64,000 nucleotides of DNA, from the NCBI GenBank assembly GCA_964016885.1, contig OZ024743.1, positions 349,246,001-349,310,000 of the forward strand, read 5' to 3'. Positions 13,544 through 25,974 of the stretch are shown in pieces. The position numbers and the translations under genes are program-made. This DNA is from Eledone cirrhosa. Lineage: Eukaryota. The notes beneath the pieces are model-generated. The model ran no database searches. It was not told where the DNA came from and worked only from the letters and a program-made list of their open reading frames with translations. Positions within the stretch are counted from its first letter, which is position 1. Every line of letters begins with the position of its first letter.

Positions 13544-13950
13544 GGGCGGTGGATTGGCAGTATCAGTAGAGGGTCGGACGCCATGCTTTCCAGCATAGTT
13601 ACGTCCCTTTACGATCTGAGTTCAAATCCCGCCGAGGTTGACTTTTCCTTTCATCCTTACGAGGTCGATAAAATAAAGTACCAGTAATGCACTGGGTAAT
13701 TGCTGGCCTTGTGCCTAAAGTAGAGACATTTATATTTAATAACGCATTATATTTAAGGCGGTGGATTGGCAGTATCGGTAGAGGATCGGACGCCATGCTT
13801 TTGACGCATAAAGTTACGGCCGTTGTCATTCTGAGTTCAAATCCCGCCGAGGTTAACTTTGCCTTTCATCCTTACGGAGTCGATAAAATAAAGTACCAGT
13901 AATACACTGTGATAATTGCTGGCCTTGTGCCAAAAGTAGAAACAATTATA
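13544..13950 (+). mobile_element. Two tandem SINE copies (13544-13730, 13757-13950)
   Basis: Both are full length. TTATATTTAATAACG is duplicated at 13730-13744 and 13946-13960 around the second copy. Confidence 0.92.
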
Positions 13951-15308
13951 TTTAATAACGTGTTACATCATATGCGTACTTACATTATTGACGTCCACTC
14001 AAAATTATACAAAACTATAAGGTCTGAGATGATTCTCAAATGAAATATTAATTATTATTGCTTAAAAATGATTCTGTCACACTATATTCTGAACGATAGC
14101 CAAGAAATAAGAAGATATTAATGTGAATTATTTTAAATAATAAATAAATTATTATTTCAGAGATAAATATCATTTCATCTATTTCGAGAACGAGTTTTCC
14201 TTTAATTTATTCACCGGTAAGACCTCTACGATAAACTAAAAGCTAAGGTTGGGCAATCTACAGGCACGCACTCCCTTAATATAATTCCTTCAAATATTTA
14301 GTGCAACACAGTTTGAGAGGTCCTGCCCTTTGATTTAAAATATAGTCCATCCAGCTACCCAATAACTTTCATAAGGCTTCGGTCAATCTGTAGCCATCGT
14401 GATGCTTATTCAAAATACCACACAGTGAAAATGAACCCGAAGCCCCTCGTGTTATCTTAGTGTGTTATGTATTAATAATAGCAAAGTATATATTGAAATT
14501 TTACTTCCACAAAAGAAACAAAACATCAAAGCTAGATCATGAAAATTTCTCTTTTAAGATTAACATATTCCAAATATAACACCGAAAATGTGAAAGAAAC
14601 CTAGTCTTTCCTCCAAACACTTCGATACATCGAAAGAAATCCTTTCCATTGTAACATCAAGGAAACTAGTCTTGATAATCTCCCTTTTCAACAATGTCCC
14701 ATTCACCAAAACTCTCTACTCTAACTGTGGAATCTAATTCCAAAGCGAATCTAAATATTTATGGGTATACCTCCTTATACATTTTATCTAGAATCAATAT
14801 ATGCATGAGATATATATGCAACAGATCATTGTACAAAGACCACAACTCAATGCATCTCAAACATATTTAATGTTACATGACCCATAAGTAAACATTTCCT
14901 TTTAAACGTTCCCAATAGATTTAACTTAAATCAAACTAGTAATTTGAACAATGTTAAACCCAATAAATAATCTAAGAATGATTTATATTTGCCAATAATA
15001 TCAGGTAAATTTCCTACAGATTCCATCCAATTATCTTGATAAAAATGAAAGACAATATAAAGGTAGGTACTAATAAATCAACGTAAAAGTGAAAGAGAAA
15101 GTCTGAAGGAAGAGGTCTGGTTAGTCACAGGTGGAAAACGTTCAGCAACCCTCTGTTAAATTAGCATTGATATTGGGTTAATTATGCAGATAAATAAAAA
15201 GAAAAGAAATATAACATTCAGAAGGCATAAAGCTGTATGGATGACGACGTTGGAAGTCATTTTGTTCCACTGGAAATCTGTTAATCAAATACAGTAAAGC
15301 ATCTGCAA

Positions 15309-16363
<1,055 letters not shown>

Positions 16364-16364
<1 letters not shown>

Positions 16365-17413
16365 TAGCATTAAAGCCCGGCGTTGCTCGGGGTCAGTAAG
16401 TTACCAAAGTTAGGTTGCACCACCCATTTTATGGCACCACTTTCTTGTCTGCTAGGCACTGGGTGAATGAATTGCAGACCTGGACTGCCGAAGCAGGAAT
16501 TGTGCCCGCAGTGACAATTGTAGTTTTACCTATGGATATTATCTCTGTGCAAAGAAGTGTTGAAATTTATTGTTTCACAGTACTTGCTCAACACGCGCGT
16601 AGACGATGCCAGCCGAACAACAGAGCTGCGATGGAATTGTTCTGCATCGTTGTCTAATGTGTGTTTTCTAAATTTAAGACAGTAGGGAGCGGTGTGTTAT
16701 GGGGGAGAGTTAGCTGCTGTTTCTAGCAGGTTTAGTGACCTCATAGAGGATAGGTGTTTTCTGAATTTAAGACAGTAGGGAGCGGTGTGATATGGGGGAG
16801 AGTTAGCTGCTGTTTCTAGCAGGTTTAGAGGATATTATTGTGTATAGTAAATAAACTGATACTTCTTTCTTCCACGTTCATTGAGAGATGTTTTAAAAAA
16901 GATTTATCGCCATTTTTTTTTGTTGTTGAATAAATTTATCTGTTGCTTTTGAATAATTGTTTCGTATGAAATGTAATGTTCTCTTTGTCATTTGAAGTAA
17001 ATAAATGTTTGACGGTTCCACACTCAGAAACAAACGTTCTCTCTCTCTCTGTCTCTCCGTCTCTTCTCTCTCCCTCTCTCTTTCATTTCTTTCTCTCTTC
17101 TTTCTTCGACGTTCCTAAAGGAAGTTTGTAAGTTTAAGCGTATATAAGAAAGTTGCAGCATATATGTAGTTTTATCGAATTTTAAGGGGAGTAGATGGAG
17201 GAATTCAGATTGTATTAGAGGGGTAAAGCGTCATGTATTTAGTCTTCTCGATTATTTCCGTAATTGTGGGTGAGTTTGACAGTAATAAATAGTCGTTGAC
17301 CTAGGTTAGACTATTTACAACATTCTTACAGACATTGAGTCCAATCGGTTTGAAATTTTGCAAATGTATAAACATGGAACATGCACACACACACAACAAC
17401 AGTCTTTTATAGA
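16364..17413 (-). mobile_element. Non-autonomous Helitron, family H2 (long copy), inserted in (TA)n
   Basis: A|TCTATAAAAG start; CCCGAGCAACGCCGGG hairpin and CTAG|T end; internal tandem duplication of about 90 bp at 16660-16830. Confidence 0.82.
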
Positions 17414-17447
<34 letters not shown>

Positions 17448-17448
<1 letters not shown>

Positions 17449-17558
17449 AGAATCAGGAGCCTTACGTCTCAGCTCCGGCCGTTTCGACAGCGTGATCCAA
17501 ACAGTTCGGATCTAGCTGTCGAACCGGCCGGAGATCAGCCGTTGGGGTCCTGACTCTT
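17448..17558. repeat. Imperfect inverted repeat (about 50-bp arms) made of two hammerhead 3' halves
   Basis: tcaggagccttacg..ctccggccgtttcgacagc..gatcc pairs with ggatc..gctgtcgaaccggccggag..cgttggggtcctga. Related degraded motifs lie near 58550, 60770 and 60995. Confidence 0.7.
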
Positions 17559-19107
17559 ATCATATTACCCAATCAACTAACCTGAGTATTGAGGTCATGA
17601 CATTCGTGTTGGCCCTTCTTACTAGCACAACGTTGTGTGAATTGTTTTTGTTTTTTGTGTTTTTTGTGTTGTTTTATTTTGCATTTGTGAGATTGAAGTG
17701 GTGGTGATGGTAGAGTTGTGTTTGTGTTTGTTGTGTGTGTGGTGTCTGAATTTTATGTTTTATGTGTGAGTGATGTGTGAAGATCTTTTGTTCTTCCTCT
17801 TTTATTTCTTTGTTGGTTTGGGGTTTTCCCTTGTCCCTCGCTACTATCTAGCCAAATGGCAATTTTAAAAATGGATTGTATTAATGTGGTTGGTTTAGGA
17901 AAGGTTTAGATATCGAAGTACAGACGATTTTCCTGAACACAGATGGTGCATTGGTGTTTCTCGATATGAGCAATAGTTAAGGTGGTACATTTAGACCAAG
18001 AGCCGCATTTAACAAGATTAAGACGGCAGGTTTTCTGAAGCCGTTTGGAAGCCTTCCTTCGAACGTCTCGAAATGTTCTGTTACCGAGGGATTGGGACGT
18101 AATATTGGACGCACGTTGGGATTGTGTAACGTAGCCTATATATGTGTGGGTGGAGATGAGAAATCTTCAAGTACCTGACGAGGTAATTCCAACTGTCTGA
18201 TAGTTAACGACTGGAATTCACGAATGTGCCAATGTGAAGTATCTGCTAGTTTTTCAAGTTTTACGTGGAAAGGAGGGTGGGGATGGAGAAGGAACTGCTG
18301 CCCTAGGGTACATTTTTTTAAAAAGTGGGTGAGTGATGTGAGGATGGTGCGATTGAATAAGCCTACGCTGAGCATGCGCCAGCAGATAGAACTTATGGAG
18401 GAGAGCGGCATCTTCCATTGTGCTCTTGGCGATTAGGTTGCGATTCCTAAGATATCCCCAGGTGGTAAGCCCCACAATCAGGGAATTTTACTGTCATTAA
18501 TTTGTGGTTAGTTGTAACCTGTTATCTGTTTTTACACGTTTTTAAATGTATTTGTAAATTCCCACTATCTCTGTTTTTTTGTATTGTCTTCTCTGTTTCG
18601 GAGCAAGTAGCCACTGATGATAGAAGTATTCTTATAACAATAATAACAACACAAGAGCAAATTCTTCATAATAGAAACCACTGAAAGTACTTAGTAAAGC
18701 AAAACGAACGCAATACAGAATATGTGGAGTTTGGGAAGAAACAATTAACCACAGTCTATCGCTGCCCAGGTATAGTCAAATAAGTTATATCCAGGGACAT
18801 GATCAATATAGGATTTACGTATACTAGATGTTAGCCAAAATTACGAAATAGAATTAGGAGAGTGATGGTACAGACATATACAATAACATTTTGTCAAGAA
18901 CACAATAAACAACCATAGTCTAGAATATGACAATGCATACACACCTGAAGATCAAAGCCTACTGATGAGATCATTCTTGAAATTGAAATGTCTCAACTTT
19001 GAGATTAAAACGGAAACAAGTCTATAATTGTGTCATTCATTGAGAAAAACTAACTAACAGATGTACACTATTATATGTATGACTATACTTATGTACACAC
19101 AAACACA

Positions 19108-19223
<116 letters not shown>

Positions 19224-19557
19224 TAAGTAGGTATCTTCAATAATTTGATTTAGACTCCGTACGGTTCAGTAGAATATAGGGTGGGTGGGATTGCCTTTTC
19301 TGGTAATCCTGTTACTTACCAATCGTAAACGTCTTGCTGCCATTCTAGTTGACAGTCTACCACGTGCTATTTTCCCCTTCGAAAATATCAGCATTAGCGG
19401 TAACTTGAAATTTTATCTTGGATTGAGAAGGTCTCCTGAAGAGTTCGTGATGTCTCCCTTATTGGAATAATGAAGCTGGCTCTTACACAGCGGAAGTGCA
19501 GTGGGGACGACGAAGTAAATGTTGTAGCTGTTTACCTTGTTTGCTTCTCCCACTTAA

Positions 19558-19617
<60 letters not shown>

Positions 19618-19689
19618 GTTTGTATAAACGTTTGTATATGTATAATAAAGCCAAAACAATGCAGGTATGGATATAGAAAAAAGAATGCA

Positions 19690-22600
19690 AATGCAAAAGC
19701 TATTGTTGACAATTAGTCTTTTACCTTAGATTTATTTAAATGACCTTAATTTTCGAGATAATATCTCTTCTTCGGAGGGAAGTAAAGCGGTTAAACCAGT
19801 GTTCTAAATAGCTTGCCAAGTCATGCTGACGGGAAATGGTATAGAGTATCTGTTCTATCTCTAATGTCAAAGAGTTAAGGTTAGGCAGATAAAGAGTAGT
19901 CTCCTTTTAAAAGATTTGTTTTTTGTATATGCCTGTTTAAGTGTGTGGGAGAATGCGTGAAGGTGTATGTGTGTGCGTGTGTGTGTGAGTGTGAGAAGAT
20001 ATGTCTGTAGGTAAATGTGGGGGATAGATGTTATCTCGTGTTAGAACTCGTCTTTGCGTGTGTATGTGGGTATGTGAGAGAGAATAAGTGGAGGTGTAAG
20101 CGCGCGTGTGTGTGTTTGTGTGCGTGCGTGCGTGTGTGTGCGCGTGTGTGTGAGAGGGGGTGTAAATATGGGGCTAGATGCTCTATCAAGTTATAAATTG
20201 GGTGTTGAGTTCTAGTCTATTATTGATTGGTGGTTGTGTTTCGTCTATAATTAGTGCTTCCTTAATTTTAAGATTGCCGAGGTTTCTTTCCTTAGTTTCT
20301 CTCCTAACTGTTATGGTTTTGTCGGTGTTTTTGCATTTAACTAGGTGTTTCTTAAATGAGGAAGAGTTAGTACTGAGGTGTTCTTTTATTCTTATGTGGA
20401 GTGGTCTGGTGGTGCTACCTACGTAGAAGTTGCTGCATTTGTCGCACTCTAGTCTGTATACGACGTAAGCCTGGTGGCATAGGTCTGTGTCGTTAATGGG
20501 GCAGTTGGCTAGCCTGCAGCGGTTGCCATGTCTTGTGGAGTATCTTTTGGTTAGCTGTGCGCGTAGAGAAGGACCTGAGTGGGCCAGTTGGATATCTAGT
20601 CCTGCACGTCTGATAGCTCTGCGGATGGCTGTTGTTGTTTCGTCACTGAAGTGTGGGAGCTTCAGAAAGCAAGTGTTAGTGCCTCGGGTGTGGTGTCCTC
20701 TGTTCTTTCTGGCACGGTTTGTGGTGGATGTCGTGTATCCGTTCAGTTTGCAGGAAAAATGTGGTATGTGTGTCTCGGTCTCTAGCGTCGGTGCATTTCT
20801 TCCGGATACGTGTTTGTTCGTTCCTTATGTATCCGAACTTAGCGCCGGCTGGGAAGGCCGATCTGAAATGTACGAACAGGTCCCTGCCGGCGGCTTTTTT
20901 ATAGAAGCAGGTGTGGATGTTGCCTTCCTCTGTTACCCTGAGTTGGAAGTCCAGTAGGGATAAGGATCCGCGGTCATCGGGGTGTTCCATGCTAAATTTT
21001 ATACTGGCGTCCATGCTGGAGAATGTTGTGTATATTTTATCCACCTCATCACGGGATGATGTAAGGATGAGTATGTCATCTACATATCGGGTGAAGAAGG
21101 TATGGGAATGGCAGGTGTTGAGGTCTCGGCATTCTAGCTGGTTCATATAGGTGATGTCCAGCAGGCCCGATAGGCTGGATCCCATGGGTAATCCTGATGT
21201 CTGTCTGTATGTGTGGTGGTGGAAGGTGAAGTACGTGTTTTCCACTCTGAAGGACAAAAGCTGGTGTATGTCCGTCGGATGGCGGCTGTAGCAGTGGATG
21301 TCCTCTGCGACCACGCAGTCAGTCAATAAATCGACAGCTAGATGAGCGGGGACTGTAGTGTAGAGGGAGACGACGTCGAGGCTAAAGGCGTATCTATTTA
21401 GTTTAAGTTGTTCTGGCTAGAGTTGGTGTAGTCTACGTATAACTTCGTCGGAGCTACTGATATGCCCGGGAAAGGTGGAGAGTAGAGGCTTGAGGACCTG
21501 GGAGAGGATCCAGGAAATTTTGTATAGGGGTCCTTCTATGCTAGAGACGATGGGTCTTATTTGTGTCTTAGTACTATTCTTGTGGGTCTTGATGAGGTGG
21601 TAGAAAGTGAACAGTCTGCTATTTCTAGTGGTGTAGTTGAGCTTAACTTTATTTGGGAGTTGTCTTCTACTACAGATGTCGGACCAGATGGAGTTGGTCT
21701 GTTTTTCGATCTGGGCTGCAGTCATGTCCGGGATCTCTGTATATAGTTTATTGTCGCTTAGGTGTTCAAAGGCTAGGTTGTTGTATGTGGCTTGATAGAT
21801 GACGCAAAACTCTTTACCTTTGTCGAATGGTAAGTATATAAGTTCCCTATTCCGTAGGTTCTTCAAGGCGAGTTGTTGAGTCCTGGAGAGGTTTCGGGCT
21901 ATCTTCTTCTGTTTCCGTAAGATGTTAAATACGGAATGTTTTAGCCTCTAGAGTTTTTCTTCAAGCTCGCGGTTGACAGGCAGTGGACAGAGTGGGCGAT
22001 CCAGTTGGTATATCGGGAATCTGGGTTTGTTAGATTCCGTGGTGCTGTTGCCGAGAGTCGATATCCATTTTAGTTGGTAGGCAGCCCGACAGAAATTCGT
22101 TTCTATGTCGAGCCATAATTTGTCGTCCAGTCTCTGTTTCAATATGAACTTGGGACCCAGGCTGAGGAGGTCTAATTCTTCTCGGGAGAGGGAACCTGTC
22201 AAGTCTGTGACGAGGTGTTTTGCGCCAGGTGTGTTGTTGGTCGGGGCGCCGCTAGGTTCGGTGTTGGTACCGTCTTGTTCGCCTCTCTTGGTGCTTAGAG
22301 TTGGGATGTTGTTAAGACGGTTAGCCGTGCTGCGTTTGAGAAATGTTTGCGTTAGGCGTATTTTCTCGTAGTCTCGGCGATGGCGGTATGACCTGTCTAT
22401 AGCGGCGGAGATAACTCTGGACAGAGGTTCTGGGGTTTCAGCGAGTTGTGGTACAAGGCTGGAAATGGTCCGTATGTGTTGTTGTAGCGTGCGGTGTAGG
22501 TGTTGTATGAGTTTTCTTAGGCAGAATGTTTGTATGTAGCTAAGTGATCGCTTGAGTCCTGCTGATTTGCAGCATGTTGGTAGGTGCAATTTTTTTATAG

Positions 22601-22745
22601 TTGCTGGGATGATGTTGTTATTCAGGCATCGTTTTAGAAATTTTATATGGCAGCCGGCTTTGGCGCGCTTTTCAGATAGCTGGAAGAGTTTCTTTACAGT
22701 TGTGAACCTTCCACCACCACACCACATAGCGAAATTGATAGCTCC
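19690..22745 (-). mobile_element. Near full-length Penelope-like element PLE2 (N-terminal domain, RT, GIY-YIG), inactivated
   Basis: One frame from 22760 to 20676 with two in-frame TAGs (21948, 21417): HIKFLKRC, LLSLGPKF, PFDKG, IKTHK..IRPIVS, FSLDVVSLYTTVP, GLPMGSSLS, TRYVDDIL, LSLLDF. After a frameshift near 20750 it reads VVYRLECDKCSNFYVGSTTRPLHIRIKEH...KIKEALII..QPPIN, with the stop at 20186. Confidence 0.95.
19744..19778 (-). ncRNA. Minimal type I hammerhead motif in the 3' terminal region of PLE2 (CCGAAGA core variant)
   Basis: Minus strand: CCT CCGAAGA A GAGAT-att-ATCTC GAAA ATT A^ AGG. Confidence 0.6.
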
Positions 22746-22760
22746 AAGAAGAAGTGGCAA

Positions 22761-23110
22761 GTTGATGGACGAGTAGTAATTATTGATATCGAATTGGATA
22801 AAACGGCAATGTTCCTTGTTGCATATGCCGTTGAACTAATCAATCACCGCAAAAGAATTGTTCAACAGTGCAAGAAGTGCGAAGCTTCTAATTTCAGATA
22901 TAATTCTATCTAAAATCCTTTTACTAAGTCTACCTAAATCGGACTTGTTAATAAGCCGAATAGAGGAGCTGTTGGGGAATTGGATTTGTGATCCTTCAGG
23001 GTAAAGTGGGGTGAAACAGGGTCGAGAGATTCAGTCCGGTCCAGGATGTTAAGATCAGCGATTGTGCGAAGGTTACTGATCTTATCGGCCTTTGCCTTCT
23101 TTTCTCTATC
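22761..23110 (-). mobile_element. Inverted 5' RT segment of Penelope-like element PLE3
   Basis: The minus strand gives HFTLKDHK, then IRLINKSDLGRLSKRILDRI...CRFIQFDINNYYSSIN (RT motifs 1, 2 and A of the YRDD-type PLE group). Confidence 0.8.
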
Positions 23111-23111
23111 A

Positions 23112-25570
23112 AGGAAGAATTCCCCAACGTGGGCGGTGTTTGTACCGTGATGACAGTCTTTTGACCATGACAAAGTGCGGCCCACGCCCTTGCGACAGGT
23201 TCAGAAAAGAACTCACAGCCTTCTTTAAATTAGCGACCAAGAGGCTGGCCTCAACCTGTATGGACAGGTTGAGGCCAACCTCTCGGTCGCTAATTACCTC
23301 GACGTTACCCTCAATTTGTCGAACGGTTTGCACTACCCGCATAGAAAGACGAATGATACGCTTAATTACATAAGTAAGCATTCTAACTATCCGGACAGTA
23401 TAACCAAAAACCTGGTAAGAAACGTTTCTTTGAGGCTTTCCCGTCTATCTACAAACGAACATATATTCACCGACCATTCCACTTATTATAATGAAGCTCT
23501 TACTCGGAGTAGATTTGTCGATAAGCTAGCATATACTGAGTATGAGCATAGACCTAGGAAAATAGATCCCGACGCATTATATGGTATAACTGAGTTCAAA
23601 TACCGCTGAGGTTCACTTTGCCTTTCATCCTTACGGGGTCGATAAAATAAAGTACCAGTAATGCACTGGATATTTGCTGGCCTTGTGCCTAAAGTAGAAA
23701 AAATTATATGGTATAACCCACCATATAATATGGAGGTGGCCACACCTTTAGCTAAGATCTTTCTCTCCCTTATTAAGAAGCATTTCCCACCATCACATAA
23801 ATATAATAATATTTTTTATAGAAATACCATTACCATTTTTTATTCTATGGCTCCTAACCTTGCACCTAACATCAATGTTTCAAATTTAGCTAAATTACCT
23901 AGCCGTAGGAACACGTGCAACCCTGTAGCTAGTACTAACTGTAATTGTAGGAATCGGATTGACTGCCCCTATCCAGGAATTGCCTCTCCAGTAACATTGT
24001 CTACAAATGTAAGGTTGAAACACCCACGTCTCGTAGGGCCTACATAGGGTTAACCGCCAAGCGATTCAAGCACCGTCTTTAGATGCATACCCATTCTTTT
24101 CTTAACCCTTTAAGAAGGAATATCACGTCACTTTCAGCTTATATCTGGAGTCTAAAAGACAACCACACCCAATATAGGTTACACTGGGAGATCCTAGCTA
24201 ATGCTAGATAGTATAACGGAAATAAAAGACCATGTGACCCCTGCGCCGCTGAAGCCCTTGAAATACTCTACGCCACATCTAAAACAAAAAATCTGAGGTA
24301 ATTTCGGCTTGTAAACTTAAATTGCATAAAACTTTCCTGTATTACAGCCCCACATTATACCCTAACGGATAGTACGAACAATACGCGGATAATTTACGTA
24401 TTGATGTGTTAGCTAAGTATATTTTATGTTTATACCATTACTTATTTGTATAGGTAAGTATATATTACCTGTATGTTTTGTGAAGGTACGTATACTTTCT
24501 CGTACGTATATTTGCTTGTATTTGTTATAGGTGTATATATTATATTATATATACTGGTACATGTGTATACGTGTATTATGCGTTTGTGTGTGTGTATGCG
24601 GTTTTGCACGTATGTAGGGTGTGTATATGCGTACTTTGTGTTTTGGTTGACGTACGTTTAGAGAACATATGTGTATTTACCTGTAGGTATGTGTGTGCAC
24701 GCGTTATATACGTATTTATGTGTGTATATTTATATACATTTATATAATTATATGTATACACACACACCCGGACACACATATATATTTGTAATATATGTTT
24801 ATGTGTGTTTGGTGTATACGTTCGTATGTATGCGGATACAAGTGTAGTGCGGGTTTTTGTATGTGCGCCCGTGTTTTTGTGTACCTGCTTGTATATGCAT
24901 ACACATGGCTGGTGTTTTCGTGTATGCATGTGTGTATGGATGCGTGCATGAATATATTTAATTATTGTTGATTTCAATAAACTCTGTAATTTATTTACAT
25001 TATTCTTAACTCTGAAATCGAGTATCATTCGGTTTCCTAAATAGAATTCAATCTACGACTTCCTTTATACCATATACGTGGTTTTGCCTTTGCCTGTAAT
25101 TGTTCTCTTCGCTCCACATAATGACGTATTATGTTTGCATTTTTCCGTTAATTGCCAGTGAACGTCTCCAAGAACCATCTAAATAGAATATTAGTCCACG
25201 ACTTCATTTATATCATAAACGTGGATTTGTCTTTGCGTGTAATTGCTCTCACCGCTCCAAAGAATGACGTATTATCTTCGTTTTTTTTTTTTCGTTCATT
25301 GCCAGGAAACGTCTCCACGAACCAAAGTATCGTCTTCCTGTCTTCCTTCGGTTGCAACTTTTTTCGAAATATGTTCTTCTGCGTTCACAGATTGTTTTTT
25401 TTTAGTTTCAGAAGTTCCCGTTAAGGGTGAAAGCAGCTATTCTTTGCTTAAACTTTAATCTGTTATTTTAATAAATATTTGCTCTACGGTTCTTATATAT
25501 TTGATATATATTTATCCTTATCGAGCCCTCTTTGGATTTTATTCTTCAAATTTATTATTATTACTATATA
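23112..25570 (+). mobile_element. Penelope-like element PLE3: RT C-half, GIY-YIG, long 3' region and terminal repeat (family E)
   Basis: CLYRDDSL, NYLDVTL, YISKHSNYP, IIWYNPPY, CNCRNRIDCP, NIVYKCKV..AYIGLTAKRFKHR, CDPCAAEA. The terminal repeat at 25025-25570 has an internal duplication and an HHR-like motif at 25405-25453. Assignment of the 3' region to PLE3 is inferred from contiguity. Confidence 0.85.
23591..23702 (+). mobile_element. 5'-truncated SINE inserted into PLE3 with a 15-bp TSD
   Basis: ATTATATGGTATAAC occurs at 23576-23590 and 23703-23717; removing the insert restores NRSRRIIWYNPPY. Confidence 0.93.
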
Positions 25571-25574
25571 TATT

Positions 25575-25764
25575 GACGGTGGATTGGCAGTATTGGTAGA
25601 GAGTCGGACGCCATGTTTTCCAGCAAAGTTGCTTCCCTTTACGGTCTGAGTTCAAATCCCGTTGAGGTTAACTATGCCTTTCATCCTTACGGAGTCGATA
25701 AAATAAAGTACCAGTAATGTACTGGGTAATTGCTGGCCTGGTGCCAAACCTAGAAACAAGTATT
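25575..25764 (+). mobile_element. tRNA-derived SINE
   Basis: Full-length family copy. Confidence 0.9.
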
Positions 25765-25765
25765 A

Positions 25766-25931
<166 letters not shown>

Positions 25932-25974
25932 ACACGGTTGTGTATGATTGCGTATAGAAGATTATATTAATAAA

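Noticed and set aside
13544-13640. tRNA gene
   Set aside because: A/B boxes are present but no cloverleaf can be drawn, and the sequence always continues into the SINE core and tail.
18614-18990. CTGATGA motifs near 18614 and 18962 (also on minus near 3980 and 59700, and a weak motif near 27940) as hammerheads
   Set aside because: I could not complete helix II, GAAA and helix I convincingly; at most these are truncated relics.
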